In this document: positions 33,624-40,807 of the stretch, in pieces
How the letters are laid out: each line of letters starts with the position of its first letter
Numbering within the stretch: position 1 is the first letter of the stretch
Made by a program: the position numbers and the translations under genes
The notes under the pieces: generated by a model
What the model was told of the DNA's origin: nothing
Databases searched by the model: none
The model's input: the letters and a program-made list of their open reading frames with translations, nothing else
IMG/VR virus record: IMGVR_UViG_3300002460_000068
Strand: one strand, 5' to 3'
DNA: 42,107 bases
DNA from: a virus

Positions 33624-33629
33624 AAATTT

Positions 33630-33657
33630 ATTTTACAAAACATTTTTAAAATGTCAA
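33630..33657 (-). promoter_or_regulatory. Minus-strand promoter (TTGACA-16-TAAAAT) with a palindromic operator in the spacer
   Basis: Minus strand reads ttgaca-ttttaaaaatgttttg-taaaat. The spacer contains the 7+1+7 palindrome acatttt-t-aaaatgt (33640-33654). It points against the plus-strand early operon. Confidence 0.6.
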
Positions 33658-33669
33658 TATATTTTTTTA

Positions 33670-33817
33670 GGACTGGTAAGAAAAGTAAAAGGAGCAGTAA
33701 GTCCGCATACGGTGTGGTCTAGCACCGTTCTGCACCTGCCAGTTCCAATTTTAAAAGCTGATAAAGGGAGTTCTGGAAGGTTCTCCCCCGCCGGTGGGGA
33801 TTCCCGCCGGCCAGCTT
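33670..33817 (+). ncRNA. GC-rich structured element (hairpins plus three-way junction)
   Basis: Helices: ggact/agtcc (33670-74/33700-04) and acggtg/caccgt (33709-14/33723-28). The closing stem aagctg/cagctt (33755-60/33812-17) encloses gggag/ctccc (33766-70/33783-87) and ccggtggg-GAUU-cccgccgg (33791-33810). Confidence 0.35.
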
Positions 33818-33837
33818 AAATATTTTTAGAATTTTGC

Positions 33838-33866
33838 TTGACAGGACAGAACGCACATGATATACT
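33838..33866 (+). promoter_or_regulatory. Promoter P3 (TTGACA-17-TATACT)
   Basis: TTGACA at 33838-43, a 17-nt spacer, TATACT at 33861-66. It lies 26 nt upstream of the RHH gene RBS. Confidence 0.7.
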
Positions 33867-33891
33867 TGCTATATAAGGGAAAGGAGAAAAA

Positions 33892-34029
33892 ATGAAAAGA
33901 ATAATTTTTTGGATCGAAGATGAAATTAAAGAAAAAATCCGGCGAATAGTTTTTAATGAAAACACCACAATAAAAGCTCTCGTAACCGCATTGATTGTTG
34001 AGCGGATAAAAAGGAATGAAAAAAAATGA
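33892..34029 (+). CDS. Ribbon-helix-helix (CopG/Arc-like) small regulator (45 aa)
   Basis: Not in the ORF track. RBS AAGGAG. MKRIIFWIEDEIKEKIRRIVFNENTTIKALVTALIVERIKRNEKK has the beta-strand (IIFWIED) plus two-helix pattern of the RHH fold. ATGA overlap with the next gene. Confidence 0.6.
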   Translation: MKRIIFWIEDEIKEKIRRIVFNENTTIKALVTALIVERIKRNEKK

Positions 34030-34673
34030 ACACTGCCGAAGATTATCTGATGACGAAAAAAAAGTGGCGGGACTTGGAACGGGCAAATATCCGCAATATG
34101 CTAAAACTGGTATACCGGAACGCCCATGAAGCGCAGCCTAAATTTTTTGAATCGGCCTTGGGCGTTATTGTCCCGTTATTCCTTTGCGCCCTGATGGTTT
34201 TGTTTGCGATTGGGGCAAGGGGATGTGAGCCCGGGCCTGCCCAAGCAGGGGAAACAGGGGAGAGAAGCCTCTCCCAAGTGTCCAGAACAGGCACTTTGAT
34301 AAAGCAAAAACGAACGATCGGCGCTTTAAACGTAAGAAAGGGCGTTATCCCATATTCTGACCAAGAAATTGTGGCGGCTATTTATCAAACAGAGGGAGGC
34401 AAAAATGCTCAATTTCCATACGGAATACGATCAGTCCATTGTTCGGGCGAAAAAGATTGCCGCAAGATTTGTTTTAATACTGTCCGAAATAACCGTCAAA
34501 GATTTGCAAATTCTGAACGATTATCAAGCGAGGATTTTATTGGATTCCTTGCGAAACGTTACTGCCCTACTGGAGGAGCGTCGCTATCATCTGCAGAGCA
34601 GAAATTAAACGGAAATTGGGAACAAAACCTTCGTTATATTTTAGCCAAAAACAGAATGAGAGGTTGGAAATGA
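34026..34673 (+). CDS. Membrane-anchored protein with Cys-rich, possibly lysozyme/transglycosylase-like C-terminal domain
   Basis: 215 aa. TM LGVIVPLFLCALMVLFAIGA, a GC-rich linker, then IVAAIYQTEGGKNAQFPYGIRSV.C......C..IC.NTV.NN..RF......FI.FLAKRYCP.G......LNGNWEQN. The catalytic assignment is speculative. Confidence 0.5.
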   Translation: MNTAEDYLMTKKKWRDLERANIRNMLKLVYRNAHEAQPKFFESALGVIVPLFLCALMVLFAIGARGCEPGPAQAGETGERSLSQVSRTGTLIKQKRTIGALNVRKGVIPYSDQEIVAAIYQTEGGKNAQFPYGIRSVHCSGEKDCRKICFNTVRNNRQRFANSERLSSEDFIGFLAKRYCPTGGASLSSAEQKLNGNWEQNLRYILAKNRMRGWK

Positions 34674-34831
34674 GAGAAGAAAAATTGTTTTGTGACAGAT
34701 GTAAAAATGAAATAAAAACAAAAAATTTTTTGGAAAATTCAATTAAGCTTCAATTAGAAGGAAAAATATACGAAATATGCCTTTTGTGCAAAAAAGAAAT
34801 TCTTAATTTTATGGTGAAGGTTTATAAATAA
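34670..34831 (+). CDS. Small CxxC...CxxC zinc-ribbon-like protein
   Basis: ATG at 34670 overlaps the previous stop. MREEKLFCDRCKNEI....ICLLCKKEI. Confidence 0.5.
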   Translation: MREEKLFCDRCKNEIKTKNFLENSIKLQLEGKIYEICLLCKKEILNFMVKVYK

Positions 34832-34834
34832 AAA

Positions 34835-35056
34835 ATGACCGACTTCCAAAAATCTCTTAAGGCATATAAAAAATGTTTTAATTACAGGCGAGGCGGTTTG
34901 TTTCCGTCAAATAAATTACCCGCAGATATACTGGCCTATGTAAATTTTAAAATGGAGCGTCAAAATATTAAAGCCGTTGACTCACAAATGTTCGTTGGCT
35001 ACGGGCATAAATATTTAAAAAAAACAAAACAGGAATTAGCGAGGATAACCCGATGA
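34835..35056 (+). CDS. Early hypothetical protein
   Basis: 73-aa ORF, tightly packed. Confidence 0.5.
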   Translation: MTDFQKSLKAYKKCFNYRRGGLFPSNKLPADILAYVNFKMERQNIKAVDSQMFVGYGHKYLKKTKQELARITR

Positions 35057-35250
35057 AAAAAAGTGCTTTTATGGGATGGTTTTTAAAACAGTTCCCTGAC
35101 CCGTGTACAGAAATGGACGTACTTTCTCTTCAAAAAGAGTTTGATGATTTGCTGTATTCGCTGAAAATTACTAAAAGAAAATTAAAAGAAAAAAAACTTT
35201 GGATAATTAAAGAGGACGCGGCCTTGAAAGCGTGGATGGTTAAAAAATGA
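35053..35250 (+). CDS. Early hypothetical protein
   Basis: 65-aa ORF, ATGA overlap with the upstream gene. Confidence 0.5.
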   Translation: MKKSAFMGWFLKQFPDPCTEMDVLSLQKEFDDLLYSLKITKRKLKEKKLWIIKEDAALKAWMVKK

Positions 35251-35411
35251 TGAGACTGGTTATTCATTCCCTAACTTTTATTGTTCTGCGGTTGTTCGGC
35301 GTCGTGCAAGCGTTCAGGTTTAAGGGGTGGGCGCGTGGGGTAAAAAGCGGAAATATGTTTGAGCGGGAAATAACCGACGAGGATATTGATAATTATAGGA
35401 GAGGAATTTGA
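35247..35411 (+). CDS. Small hydrophobic-N-terminus protein (54 aa)
   Basis: Not in the ORF track. MMRLVIHSLTFIVLRLFGVVQAF.... Overlapping start and stop with both neighbours. Confidence 0.35.
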   Translation: MMRLVIHSLTFIVLRLFGVVQAFRFKGWARGVKSGNMFEREITDEDIDNYRRGI

Positions 35412-35599
35412 TGAAAAACATCGTAAAAAAATTGTCCTTAAAATATTTTGAACATACAGGTGAATCTCCCGAATTCGGATTTTGGTCGTGGTTAGCAGCG
35501 ATGGGGGTCGCAGAGAATGAAAAATCTTTAGAAAACTTATACAATGACCCAGAAATTTGGAATGACTTAAAAAGTGAATACGAAGAAAGGGATAAATAA
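35411..35599 (+). CDS. Early hypothetical protein
   Basis: ATG at 35411, in the frame of track ORF 35408..35599. Confidence 0.5.
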   Translation: MKNIVKKLSLKYFEHTGESPEFGFWSWLAAMGVAENEKSLENLYNDPEIWNDLKSEYEERDK

Positions 35600-35600
35600 A

Positions 35601-35876
35601 ATGTTAAACATAATTGATTACGTGCATCGTCTTTTTGGTTTTCCGATTGAGAATTCCGTAGCTATGGGAGACCCGCCTCCGAGAGAAGAGTGCGAAGTCT
35701 GCGGGGGGACAGGAAGAAGGCAAGGAACACGAAAAGAACTCTACGCTACTATACGCAAAAATGTTTATGGGAATCATTTATTGACCGACAAAGAAGCGGA
35801 AAAATATGCTAAAAAAGAAATTTTAGATTGGCGTGAAGATGGAAAGATTGTTTGTGAATGTCAGGATAATATTTAA
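35601..35876 (+). CDS. Early hypothetical protein with CxxCxGxG motif
   Basis: ATG at 35601. CEVCGGTGRR resembles the DnaJ-type zinc-finger repeat CxxCxGxG. It ends with CEC. Confidence 0.5.
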   Translation: MLNIIDYVHRLFGFPIENSVAMGDPPPREECEVCGGTGRRQGTRKELYATIRKNVYGNHLLTDKEAEKYAKKEILDWREDGKIVCECQDNI

Positions 35877-35901
35877 TAATTAAATAGAAATAAAGGAAAA
35901 A

Positions 35902-36315
35902 ATGTTTAGAAAAAAAGATGGTGAGATTGATGTAGTAAAAGTAACAATTGCGATAATGATTTCTTTTATTGTGTTTAGAATATTATTTATGTCAATTATG
36001 CCTCAATATACAGTTTGGGAACAAGGTTTAGCTGGGCAAGCCTAATTAGCAAAAGCTGATTACAGTAAAAAGGTTGCTGTTCAGGAGGCTCAAGCTAAAA
36101 AAGATTCTGCAGGTTTGTTAGCCGATGCGGAGGTACTTAGGGCTGAAGGTGTGGCTAAAGCAAATAAAATTATCGGAGAAAGTCTTAAAGAGAATGAACA
36201 ATATCTTCGATATTTATGGATTACGGATGTTGCAGGAAAAGATGTAAATAAAACAGTCGTCTATATTCCGACTGAAGCAAATATTCCTATTTTAGAAGCG
36301 ACTAGGTATAAATAA
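35902..36315 (+). pseudogene. SPFH/band-7-C-terminal-like membrane protein interrupted by an in-frame TAA
   Basis: ATG at 35902 (RBS AAAGGAAAA), a TM helix (VTIAIMISFIVFRILFMSIM), an in-frame TAA at 36043-36045, then LAKADYSKKVAVQEAQAKKDSAGLLADAEVLRAEGVAKANKIIGESLKENEQYLRYLWI. The distal part has no ATG/GTG start or RBS of its own. Confidence 0.55.
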
Positions 36316-36416
36316 AAGTGTGAGTGTCAAACAGAAATTTAAAATAAATTTTAATTACCGATTAAGTACAAAACAGTAATAAATAAGTAATTAAATTTTA
36401 GGTGAGGAGTGTAAAA

Positions 36417-36503
36417 ATGGATAATTTAGACGAGTCGCCCCTCGTGCAGGGGCGTGGATTGAAACATGCTGAAGCAGATGATCAAGGGGATTGTTTGCTA
36501 TGA
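36417..36503 (+). CDS. Mini-ORF (28 aa) containing the second CRISPR-like repeat
   Basis: Strong RBS GGTGAGGAG lies 7 nt upstream of the ATG at 36417. MDNLDESPLVQGRGLKHAEADDQGDCLL. Its TGA overlaps the ATG at 36500 of the Lar-like gene (ATGA). Confidence 0.35.
   Translation: MDNLDESPLVQGRGLKHAEADDQGDCLL
36434..36465 (+). CRISPR. Solitary type I-C-like CRISPR repeat (SRU-2)
   Basis: gtcgcccctcgtgcaggggcgtggattgaaac. A perfect 7-bp stem CGCCCCT/AGGGGCG with a 5-nt loop, then GTGGATTGAAAC. This is the canonical I-C repeat architecture, 32 nt. No intact second repeat is nearby. Confidence 0.8.
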
Positions 36504-37093
36504 AGGCAGAGAGGTGCGGAATGGAAAGTAAAGAACTTAAAAAATGTCCATTTTGCGGTAAGAAGCCTAAATTTTTTGAACAAGGGTTTGATTGCAATGG
36601 AAAAATTTTTTACCAAATAAGATGTACTGAAAGGAAATGTTTATTACCTTCAACAGGCAATTTTTCCTGTGAATTAGGAAAAAAAGAAGCTGTTAAAGTA
36701 TGGAACACCCGCGCCGAGCCGATGGGGTTGAGTACGTTGGATGAGAGAAAGATTATTGATGCCGTACAAAGATATTGTAGAAAAACTCATTATACGTTAG
36801 AAGCATATCACGAAAAATTTGGTGTATTGATTTGTTTTATACAAGATGTTTTAGTTAAAAACTTTGGTCAGCCCGCGATCCCTAGCGTAGAGGAAATTGA
36901 GACAGTAATTAAAAAACATTTAGGATTCGATAGAGTAAAAGTTACTGCTAGGAATCAAAAATTTGCACAACATGCAAAAACAAATGAAGATTTTTTAATA
37001 TGGACAATATTTGATAGTTTAGCCCAAGCCATCCACGAGGCGTTTGAGGAAAGGAGTTTAGATGAAAAAAAATTTATTGAAACTAAACCATAA
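36500..37093 (+). CDS. Lar-family-like restriction alleviation domain protein with C-terminal extension
   Basis: The N-terminus KKCPFCGKKP.......C.......IRC....C........EAVKVWNTR is the Lar signature. About 120 aa of unknown function follows. An alternative start is the ATG at 36521. Confidence 0.6.
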   Translation: MKAERCGMESKELKKCPFCGKKPKFFEQGFDCNGKIFYQIRCTERKCLLPSTGNFSCELGKKEAVKVWNTRAEPMGLSTLDERKIIDAVQRYCRKTHYTLEAYHEKFGVLICFIQDVLVKNFGQPAIPSVEEIETVIKKHLGFDRVKVTARNQKFAQHAKTNEDFLIWTIFDSLAQAIHEAFEERSLDEKKFIETKP

Positions 37094-37331
37094 ATATTCA
37101 GACGGGAAGGGGAATATCCGGTTGGTTATAGGTATCGGGTCGCAATACGTTCTTTATAATTCCCAATCGGCAACGGATTGCCTTAGATACCGTATAATCG
37201 CGAAAAAAAGAGGGCCTCATCTTTTAGGGTCAGAGCATAATTGCACTGTATCATCATTCTGCTTTTGGGCTAAAGAAGCATACCTTTTTAACTCTAACTT
37301 GGGGATATCTTGTTGGGTTAGATTTTGTTAG
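37062..37331 (+). CDS. Early hypothetical protein
   Basis: 89-aa ORF overlapping the previous gene by 32 nt. Confidence 0.4.
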   Translation: MKKNLLKLNHKYSDGKGNIRLVIGIGSQYVLYNSQSATDCLRYRIIAKKRGPHLLGSEHNCTVSSFCFWAKEAYLFNSNLGISCWVRFC

Positions 37332-37341
37332 AAAATTTAAT

Positions 37342-37551
37342 ATGAACCGCTACCACATAATTTCTAACGTCATAAAACTGATATTAAAACAATCTAATTT
37401 TAAAATTATTGCCCACCATTTTTTCCTAAACAGTAAAGCGACGATTATTTTTGAAGATGAGAATGGAGATGTATACGTTAATCAAACATGGAAGGTGAAA
37501 TCACAAGTCGAGGTTAGGGCAGTTGACAATAGAGTTGAAAAGTATTTTTAA
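37342..37551 (+). CDS. Early hypothetical protein
   Basis: 69-aa ORF. Confidence 0.4.
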   Translation: MNRYHIISNVIKLILKQSNFKIIAHHFFLNSKATIIFEDENGDVYVNQTWKVKSQVEVRAVDNRVEKYF

Positions 37552-37681
37552 AAATGGGTTGAGATGATATATCTTTTTAAAAAGGGAATTGTCCTAAAAA
37601 AAACATGGAAACATATTTGATATAAAATAATTTTTTTAGATAAAAGGATAAAAGATTTTTAAACTAGGAAGGAATTAAAAA

Positions 37682-37966
37682 TTGGGCGATACTGGCGAAG
37701 CATTTAAAGTATTTAATAAAATGAAGAGTGAGGAACGGTCAATTAAAGAACCTCATCGACGTGATTATGCTATTAAAAAATTAGATGCAATAGATGGTAT
37801 CCGTTGTCTTATGGGAATGGATTTAATTGAAATTTATATTGATAGGGTTCAAATAGACTTCTGGCCGTTCACCGGATGGTTTTGCGGTAGGAAGCCTATT
37901 GGCCAGGTTAAAGGTAGAGGAATCAATAATTTGGTTAAAGAAATTGAAAAGTTGAAAGGAGATTAA
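37682..37966 (+). CDS. Early hypothetical protein
   Basis: TTG start preceded by AGGAAGGA. 94 aa. Confidence 0.45.
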   Translation: MGDTGEAFKVFNKMKSEERSIKEPHRRDYAIKKLDAIDGIRCLMGMDLIEIYIDRVQIDFWPFTGWFCGRKPIGQVKGRGINNLVKEIEKLKGD

Positions 37967-37970
37967 TAAT

Positions 37971-38141
37971 ATGGGATTGCAAATTAAAATGGATAACTGG
38001 GATTATCAAACAGCGATAATAGGCGTAGAAGGATTATTGTTAAGAATTACAACGTGTCCAGACGGAAAAGGGGGCGCAATTTTAAAAGGAATTCCGAGTG
38101 GTAAAGAAATTGTTGATTTTATTTGGAATAAAATTAAATAA
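37971..38141 (+). CDS. Early hypothetical protein (56 aa)
   Basis: Not in the ORF track. RBS AAAGGAG. MGLQIKMDNWDYQTAIIGVEGLLLRITTCPDGKGGAILKGIPSGKEIVDFIWNKIK. Confidence 0.45.
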   Translation: MGLQIKMDNWDYQTAIIGVEGLLLRITTCPDGKGGAILKGIPSGKEIVDFIWNKIK

Positions 38142-38162
38142 AGGAAGGAAGGGAAGCGGGGA

Positions 38163-38915
38163 ATGAAAAAAAAACAAATGGTTAAAAAAGAACCAGTTGA
38201 AAAAAAATTATTTTTAAAATCGGATGAATCGCCCGCGGAAATAATACGGCTGGCTGTATTAGGAAAGGTTGATCTTGAAAAACTTGAAAAATTATTGGTG
38301 CTTCAAGAGCGATGGGACGCGAATCAAGCTAAAAAAGCATTTAGCGAATCGATGGTCACTGTTCAAAAAAACATCGTGCTTGTTGCAAAAACATTAACAA
38401 ATTCGCAAACTCATTCAAAATACGCTTCTCTCGGTAACATAATTTGTCAGACAAAAGAAGTTTATACCGAATACGGATTTTCAATATCTTTCTACGAAGG
38501 ACAGACAGAAAAATTAGAACATATCCGTATCTGTGCCGATGTTGTCCATCGCTTGGGGCATAAAGAAACGTATCATTTTGATGTTCCATTAGACGGAAAA
38601 GGAATTAAAGGAAATGCCAATATGACCTCAATTCATGCGAAAGCCTCATCTACATCATACGCCTGGAGGTATTTGATGTGTATGATTTGGAATATCCCGA
38701 CTTCTGACGATAACGATGGAAATCAGGTAGCGCAAGAAAAAATCAGCGAAGAAGAATTAAAAAAAATTAAAGAATTGCTGGTTGAAATCGGGGCGGAAGA
38801 AAAAAGATTTTTGCAATATATGTCAGTCGGTAAATTAGAGGATATATTAAAATCTGATTATCCAAAGGCGTTGGTTGCTATTGAAGGAAAAAGAAAAGTT
38901 GAGGTGGTGAATTGA
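38163..38915 (+). CDS. erf: ERF-family single-strand annealing protein
   Basis: 250 aa. ...SKYASLGNII..TKEVYTEYGFSISF........I.I.ADVVHRLGH.ETY.FDVP.D.........MTSIHAKASSTSYAWRYLMCMIWNIPTSDDNDGN matches the ERF pattern (kYAdL..i......l...Gl......H.sGh.......q..GSa.TYarRY.l...lGi..dDDDG). Confidence 0.8.
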   Translation: MKKKQMVKKEPVEKKLFLKSDESPAEIIRLAVLGKVDLEKLEKLLVLQERWDANQAKKAFSESMVTVQKNIVLVAKTLTNSQTHSKYASLGNIICQTKEVYTEYGFSISFYEGQTEKLEHIRICADVVHRLGHKETYHFDVPLDGKGIKGNANMTSIHAKASSTSYAWRYLMCMIWNIPTSDDNDGNQVAQEKISEEELKKIKELLVEIGAEEKRFLQYMSVGKLEDILKSDYPKALVAIEGKRKVEVVN

Positions 38916-39511
38916 AAATTATAAATTATGAGCAAGGCACACCAGAATGGATGGCGGCTAGATTAGGTATGCCGACAGCTTCAAATTTTGATAAAATAAT
39001 CACAACGACAGGAGAGCCCTCAAAACAAAAAGAAAAATATCTTTGGCAGTTAGCTGGTGAATGTGTAGCCGGTAAAGCTGAAGAAACGTATCAAAATGCT
39101 AATATGTTACGAGGCCAAGAAATGGAAAATGAAGCCAGAAATCTCTATCAATTATTTACTAATGAGGAAATTTCAAAAGTTGGGTTTTGTCTGGCCGATG
39201 GGGATTATAAATATGGAGCGAGTCCTGATAGCCTAGTGGGGAAGGAAGGCGGTCTTGAAATTAAATGCCCCCTTATCTCAACGCACGTTAAATATTTGCT
39301 TGGCGGGATATTTCCGATGGATTATTTTCAACAAATTCAAGGGAATCTTCTTGTTACTGGCCGAAAATGGTGGATATTTGAATCGTACTATCCAGCCATA
39401 AAACCTTTTATCATTAAAGTTGAACGTAATGAAAAATTTATTAAGGCATTAAAAATTGAGTTACAAATGTTTTGTTGTGAGTTAGAAGAAATTATTAAAA
39501 AAATAATTTAA
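38912..39511 (+). CDS. YqaJ-like (lambda-exonuclease-fold, PD-(D/E)xK) recombination exonuclease
   Basis: QGTPEWMAARLGMPTASNFDKI ... GQEMENEAR.LY ... GASPDSLV...GGLEIKCP is the classic YqaJ signature. Overlaps erf. Confidence 0.85.
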   Translation: MKIINYEQGTPEWMAARLGMPTASNFDKIITTTGEPSKQKEKYLWQLAGECVAGKAEETYQNANMLRGQEMENEARNLYQLFTNEEISKVGFCLADGDYKYGASPDSLVGKEGGLEIKCPLISTHVKYLLGGIFPMDYFQQIQGNLLVTGRKWWIFESYYPAIKPFIIKVERNEKFIKALKIELQMFCCELEEIIKKII

Positions 39512-39519
39512 GGAGAAAA

Positions 39520-40281
39520 ATGGAAAATCAATTACAAATTATTGTCAAGGAAAGTGGCCTTGAACAATCAAAGGCAAAATTCATTCTTGAGAATTTCCAA
39601 AATTATTTTGAGATTGCTGATGATTGGGCTAAAAAAGCGAGGGCTATTGTTGTAACTGATGAAAATCAAAAAGCAGAAATGCAAATGGCAAGAGCGGGAA
39701 GATTGTTTTTAAGGGAAAAACGAATTGCAGTAGAAGACGCAAGGAAGAATTTAAAAGAACAGGCTTTACGAGAAGGAAAAGCAATTGACGGCATTGCAAA
39801 TGTTCTTAAGGCATTGATTATTCCTATCGAGGAATATCTTGAAAAACAAGAAAAATTTGTTGAAATTAGAGAAGAGAACAAAAGAGAAGCTATGCGTATT
39901 GAAATTGAAAAACGTATTGAGGATGAACGAATTGCCAAAGAAAAAGCGGATGCCGAGGAACGAGAGAAAATACGACAGGAAAATGAAAGGCTAAAAAAAG
40001 AGGCCGAGGAGAAGGAAAAAGCATTGCAAGCTGAACGAAAAAAAGTTGAGGCTGAGAAGCAAGAAGCGGAACGTAAAGCCAAAGAATCGCAAGAAAAGTT
40101 ACGCAAAGAGGCCGAGGAGAAGGCTAAAAAAATCCGTAAAGAAAATGACGCTAAACTTTTAAAAGAAAAATTAGAGCGAGAAAGGATTGAATCTGAAAAA
40201 AAAGAGATTGAAGAAATGTTAAAAAATCAAGTTGAATGTCCAAAATGCCACCATAAATTCAAACCGCATAGAAAGGAATAA
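39520..40281 (+). CDS. K/E-rich coiled-coil protein with C-terminal CPKCHH zinc motif (DUF1351-like N-terminus)
   Basis: 253 aa. The N-terminal 110 aa resembles recombination-module accessory proteins. It has a long EKAKKEAEE-type low-complexity coil. Confidence 0.5.
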   Translation: MENQLQIIVKESGLEQSKAKFILENFQNYFEIADDWAKKARAIVVTDENQKAEMQMARAGRLFLREKRIAVEDARKNLKEQALREGKAIDGIANVLKALIIPIEEYLEKQEKFVEIREENKREAMRIEIEKRIEDERIAKEKADAEEREKIRQENERLKKEAEEKEKALQAERKKVEAEKQEAERKAKESQEKLRKEAEEKAKKIRKENDAKLLKEKLERERIESEKKEIEEMLKNQVECPKCHHKFKPHRKE

Positions 40282-40285
40282 AATC

Positions 40286-40666
40286 ATGGAAGAAACAACA
40301 AACACGTCAAAGAACCAAAGAATACCAGTTGGAGAATATATTTTTACAGTAGACGGGTCGCCTGAAAAACGAGAAGTCGCTGGGGGAAAAGGAAGTTTTA
40401 GGTTATGGAAATTAAAATATTTTAATTTTGACCGAGGAGTAGAGGTCATTGGAAGTGTATTATTTTTCGGAAATTCTCCAGGTTACCATGAAATTTTGAT
40501 GGCGGTTGGCGGGGTTGAAGTTTCCTCGGAAGATGTCAAATGGGATGATGAATCTGTTAATGGTAAGAAATTTTCCGCGACAATAACGCATGAAAAAAAT
40601 GAAAAGACTGGGCGGGTACAGGAGATTTTTTCTAATGTTAAAGCCCTTGCTAAAAATGAGTTTTAA
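40286..40666 (+). CDS. Hypothetical protein (possibly DUF669-like ssDNA-binding accessory)
   Basis: ATG at 40286 after AAGGAA. The P.GEY.F.V pattern lies near the N-terminus. Called from position after the recombination genes. Weak assignment. Confidence 0.4.
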   Translation: MEETTNTSKNQRIPVGEYIFTVDGSPEKREVAGGKGSFRLWKLKYFNFDRGVEVIGSVLFFGNSPGYHEILMAVGGVEVSSEDVKWDDESVNGKKFSATITHEKNEKTGRVQEIFSNVKALAKNEF

Positions 40667-40672
40667 ATTCCT

Positions 40673-40807
40673 ATGCCCTACGTCAACCAAGAAGAATACA
40701 TAAAAGAACGGCTCAAAAAAGCAAAAGAACGAGAGAAGAGAGAGGAATGGTTTAAGTCAATTAACAGTGGATTTATGACAGATGACCAAGGAGATAGCGG
40801 TGTATGA
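40673..40807 (+). CDS. Small charged protein (44 aa)
   Basis: Not in the ORF track. MPYVNQEEYIKERLKKAKEREKREEWFKSINSGFMTDDQGDSGV. ATGA overlap with the next gene. Confidence 0.35.
   Translation: MPYVNQEEYIKERLKKAKEREKREEWFKSINSGFMTDDQGDSGV

Noticed and set aside
33779-33810. GGTTCTCCCCCGCCGGTGGGGATTCCCGCC loosely resembles a type I-E repeat (GTTCCCCGCGCCAGCGGGGATAAACC)
   Set aside because: The I-E stem cannot form properly here (only 4-5 bp). The strongest local structure is a different hairpin (33791-33810), and the AUAAACC handle is missing.
33418-33819. 133-aa plus-strand ORF overlapping the previous stop by ATGA, which looks translationally coupled
   Set aside because: The R/P/C/W-rich composition is unlike every other protein here. 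The frame runs through an AT-rich promoter/operator segment and several GC helices. I treat it as non-coding, though only comparative analysis can settle this.
36043-36045. The in-frame TAA as evidence of stop-codon reassignment
   Set aside because: TAA also terminates several well-delimited genes in this genome (27901, 28524, 28701, 38141, others). No other gene is interrupted by in-frame stops.
36513-36528. ggtgcggaatggaaag resembles the repeat 3' handle ggcgtggattgaaac about 62 nt downstream of SRU-2, a possible second repeat that would make a mini-array
   Set aside because: Only about 11/15 positions match with an indel. The hairpin-forming 5' half is absent, and the sequence is the RBS and start region of the Lar-like gene. 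It may be chance or a decayed repeat. It is not called as a CRISPR array.
37074-37086. attgaaactaaac is identical to the 13 nt spanning the end of SRU-1 and its flank
   Set aside because: By rough estimate, chance 13-mer matches are expected several times in an AT-rich 42-kb sequence. No hairpin precedes it.
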